DNA from: Gemmatimonadota bacterium
Lineage (GTDB): Bacteria > Gemmatimonadota > Gemmatimonadetes > Gemmatimonadales > GWC2-71-9
DNA: 64,000 nucleotides
Direction of reading: 5' to 3'
NCBI GenBank assembly: GCA_039589615.1
Contig: JBDHHA010000024.1
Coordinates: forward strand, 3,888 to 67,887
Position 1 is the first letter of the stretch, and the number at the start of each line of letters is the position of its first letter. The position numbers and the translations under genes are program-made. Below the pieces are notes generated by a model. The model was not told where the DNA came from, searched no databases, and saw nothing but the letters and a program-made list of their open reading frames with translations. Positions 61,470 through 64,000 of this stretch are shown here, in pieces.

Positions 61470-61682
61470 TCAATGCTCGTCCGGAAACTCCATCACCTTC
61501 TGCCAGATCTCGTCGGTGAGCCATTCGAGGCGGTCCTGGGCATACTCCAACTCGTGCTGCGGCATCGACACGGAGTTGTTGGCGACGTTGCGTACGTGTT
61601 GCATGAGTTCGTCGAGGAGCTCGCGGAGCGCGGTGTTGCGGCGACGTTCGTCCTGCTTTTTTGTGGGGCGTCGGGGTGTCAT
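61470..61682 (-). CDS. Small hypothetical protein (basic N-terminus, helical C-terminus)
   Basis: ATG 61682 overlaps the stop of the upstream DUF2268 gene (ATGA): MTPRRPTKKQDERRRNTALRELLDELMQHV... I recognise no family. Confidence 0.4.
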   Translation of the reverse strand: MTPRRPTKKQDERRRNTALRELLDELMQHVRNVANNSVSMPQHELEYAQDRLEWLTDEIWQKVMEFPDEH

Positions 61683-62623
61683 GCGGATTGGGCCTCCACG
61701 GATTGTCGATCGGTCTCGAGGCACGTCTCGGGGGAGGCGCGCAGGGCGGCGGCGATGCCCACGCGCTCGACGTGGCTCTCCACCAGACGGTGTCCCAGGT
61801 AATAGCCGGAGCGCTCGGGTAGCGCTTTCCCGGCAAGCTGCCGGGTGGAGGGCTTCGTGCCCCCGCCCAGGTAGCGGAGGCGATAGCCGATTCCGGTTTT
61901 GTCCAACTCATCGACGATCGCCTGCCGCAGGAAAGCCTCGAGTTCCCGCAGCCGGCGGTACTGGCGGCTCCCGTACCCCAGATACTGGCGCGGCTCGAAG
62001 CCCGGCGCCGTCTCCCGTGACGCCGCCACGGCGAGGCCTTCGTTGACCAACATCTCGCGGAGGGTGGCTCGACTGCTGCTTTCCCAGCAGTCGTACGTAC
62101 CACCTGCCTCAGCGATGATGCGGGCAAACTCGCTCTTGCTCGCGGGCGACGTGTAGCGCACGGTGTGAGCCAACTCGTGTCCGGTCCACAGCGGGATGAG
62201 GTCAGGCGATAGACCGAGGCCGTATGTATCGGGATTCGCGCGGCCGGTGAAATGCTCGAGGCAGAGGAACGCAATCCCCCGCCCGGCGACGACCAATTCG
62301 CCAGCGTTGGCGCCCCCCACGCCGACCATCAGGTAGAGATCAACGGGCCTGTCGACCTCCATGAGGTCTTCGCAACGCGCCAACGCATCTGCGGCGATCG
62401 TGTTGACGTCGCGGCGTTCCAGCAGTGCGTGGAGGTCGTCCCGGCGCGCCGCCACCGTCCTCGCGATCACCGCCTCGGCTTGGGAGCTGTCGGGATCGAG
62501 GATGTAGTTGCGCCAATACGCCGACAGCACAGCCTTATGCTCCTGGAAGTACCGGCGGTACCCGTCGATAGGATCGGGTGCGGCAATCGCCTCGAGAAAA
62601 CTCGGTACCAAGTCGATGAGCAT
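61679..62623 (-). CDS. DUF2268-like predicted Zn-dependent protease
   Basis: HExxH motif (TGHELAHTV) and overall resemblance to DUF2268. No signal peptide. Confidence 0.6.
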   Translation of the reverse strand: MLIDLVPSFLEAIAAPDPIDGYRRYFQEHKAVLSAYWRNYILDPDSSQAEAVIARTVAARRDDLHALLERRDVNTIAADALARCEDLMEVDRPVDLYLMVGVGGANAGELVVAGRGIAFLCLEHFTGRANPDTYGLGLSPDLIPLWTGHELAHTVRYTSPASKSEFARIIAEAGGTYDCWESSSRATLREMLVNEGLAVAASRETAPGFEPRQYLGYGSRQYRRLRELEAFLRQAIVDELDKTGIGYRLRYLGGGTKPSTRQLAGKALPERSGYYLGHRLVESHVERVGIAAALRASPETCLETDRQSVEAQSA

Positions 62624-62676
62624 GGGGAACGGCTAATTTGCCGCCGAGGTATGGGGTCAGCAAGGCGTGGGGCCGC

Positions 62677-63501
62677 CTATCGTTTGCGCAGCCGCTGACT
62701 CATCTCATCGAGGATCTTTCGCTCTTTGGGCGTGAGGCTGTCGAGGCCCGTGGCGGAGATCTTCTCGAGCACCTGGTCGACGTCATCGTACGATGGGCTG
62801 GGTGGTGGCGGCTGGGCCGGTTGTGGCTCTTCCTCATCGGCCGCCTGCGCGGTGGGGTGAGCGAGCACCCGCACGCGCTCCCGCCGCACGACCGGCGCAG
62901 CGCGGTGCGTCAGCGTGCGTCCCCACTTGAGGTAGGCGAACCCGAACAGGAAGCCACCCAAGTGCGCAAAGTGCGCGACGCCCGTGTCGAGGCGCGTGAC
63001 GCCGGATAGCAGGTCCAAACTCACCAAGCCGATGACGAGCCACTTTGCCTTGATGGGTACCGGGAGCGGGAAGATCAAGATCTCCGCGTTGGGCCACCGC
63101 ACAGCGAACGCCAGCGCCACGCCGAACACCGCCGCACTTGCGCCGACGACCATGTTGACGGGCGCAATCGGCAGGAATGCGAACGATGCCGCCGCGCCCC
63201 CCAAACCGCAGAGGAAATAGTACCGGGCGAAGGCCGTGCCGCCCATCCAGTCTTCCACGTCTCGCCCGAAGAAAAACAACATCAACATGTTGAAGGCGAG
63301 GTGGAAGAAACCCCCGTGGAGGAACATGTACGTCACCAGCGTCCACGGCTGTTCGACGGTCAATCTGGGATTGAAGGCGAACAAGTCGAAGAACCAGCGC
63401 CCGGGGGTAAACACCGTGATCGTGAGCAGATACACGACGGCGTTGGCGATGAGGAGGCGCCGCACCCAAGGGGTGACCGAGAATGGAGATCGCGTAAACA
63501 T
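62677..63501 (-). CDS. Rhomboid family intramembrane serine protease with soluble C-terminal tail
   Basis: HGGFFHLAFNMLMLFFFG, catalytic GASAAVFG, and AHLGGFLFG. The C-terminal ~80 aa are non-membrane (Pro-rich, then LEKISATGLDSLTPKERKIL). Confidence 0.85.
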   Translation of the reverse strand: MFTRSPFSVTPWVRRLLIANAVVYLLTITVFTPGRWFFDLFAFNPRLTVEQPWTLVTYMFLHGGFFHLAFNMLMLFFFGRDVEDWMGGTAFARYYFLCGLGGAAASFAFLPIAPVNMVVGASAAVFGVALAFAVRWPNAEILIFPLPVPIKAKWLVIGLVSLDLLSGVTRLDTGVAHFAHLGGFLFGFAYLKWGRTLTHRAAPVVRRERVRVLAHPTAQAADEEEPQPAQPPPPSPSYDDVDQVLEKISATGLDSLTPKERKILDEMSQRLRKR

Positions 63502-63540
63502 CCTACCTTAAAATCCCCCGCGCACCGTCTTTGTTCCGGG

Positions 63541-64000
<460 letters not shown>

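Overview
This is a GC-rich (roughly two-thirds G+C by eye), very densely packed bacterial chromosomal window around the replication origin. rpmH-rnpA-yidD-yidC-mnmE (+ strand, 57.6-61.5 kb) diverge from dnaA-dnaN (- strand, 54.8-57.5 kb). A second origin-type cluster, mnmG / two parS sites / parA-parB, lies at 9.2-13 kb. Between them are a complete sufR-sufBCDSU-Rieske operon, polA, a cold-shock gene, thiC behind a TPP riboswitch, RNase P RNA, beta-oxidation genes (thiolase plus FadB/J-like), glpD, queG, base-excision glycosylases (Fpg/Nei, Tag), many secreted peptidases and hydrolases (2x M28, M23, M10, amidohydrolase, class-C-like serine hydrolase, Slt), an MMPL transporter, three Hanks-type Ser/Thr kinases, one MCP and an AraC regulator. 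I call about 65 CDS, one ncRNA (rnpB) and one riboswitch. I saw no rRNA, tRNA, CRISPR array, transposase, integrase, phage gene or recognisable defence gene. The protein repertoire suggests a Gemmatimonadota-like diderm, but that is a low-confidence inference. I did not find a clear-cut novel system; this reads as core, origin-proximal chromosome. The observations most worth a second look are: (1) a parS-parA-parB operon that continues into an M23 peptidase and a bactofilin; (2) a candidate oriC in the dnaA-dnaN spacer with a perfect (TAG)5 DnaA-trio-like run and degenerate phased DnaA boxes; (3) rnpA with no canonical start codon, overlapping rpmH; (4) a reading-frame break inside RNase D; (5) an uncharacterised lipoprotein plus beta-barrel-like pair between rnpB and dnaN; (6) an amidohydrolase / small membrane protein / degenerate LptB-like ATPase cluster; (7) unusual Hanks-kinase contexts (a Cache-sensor kinase, and a kinase next to an MCP); (8) an orphan truncated anti-sigma-like gene behind a 369-nt untranslated spacer. 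Many long ORFs in the track are antisense artefacts of the high GC content and were rejected.
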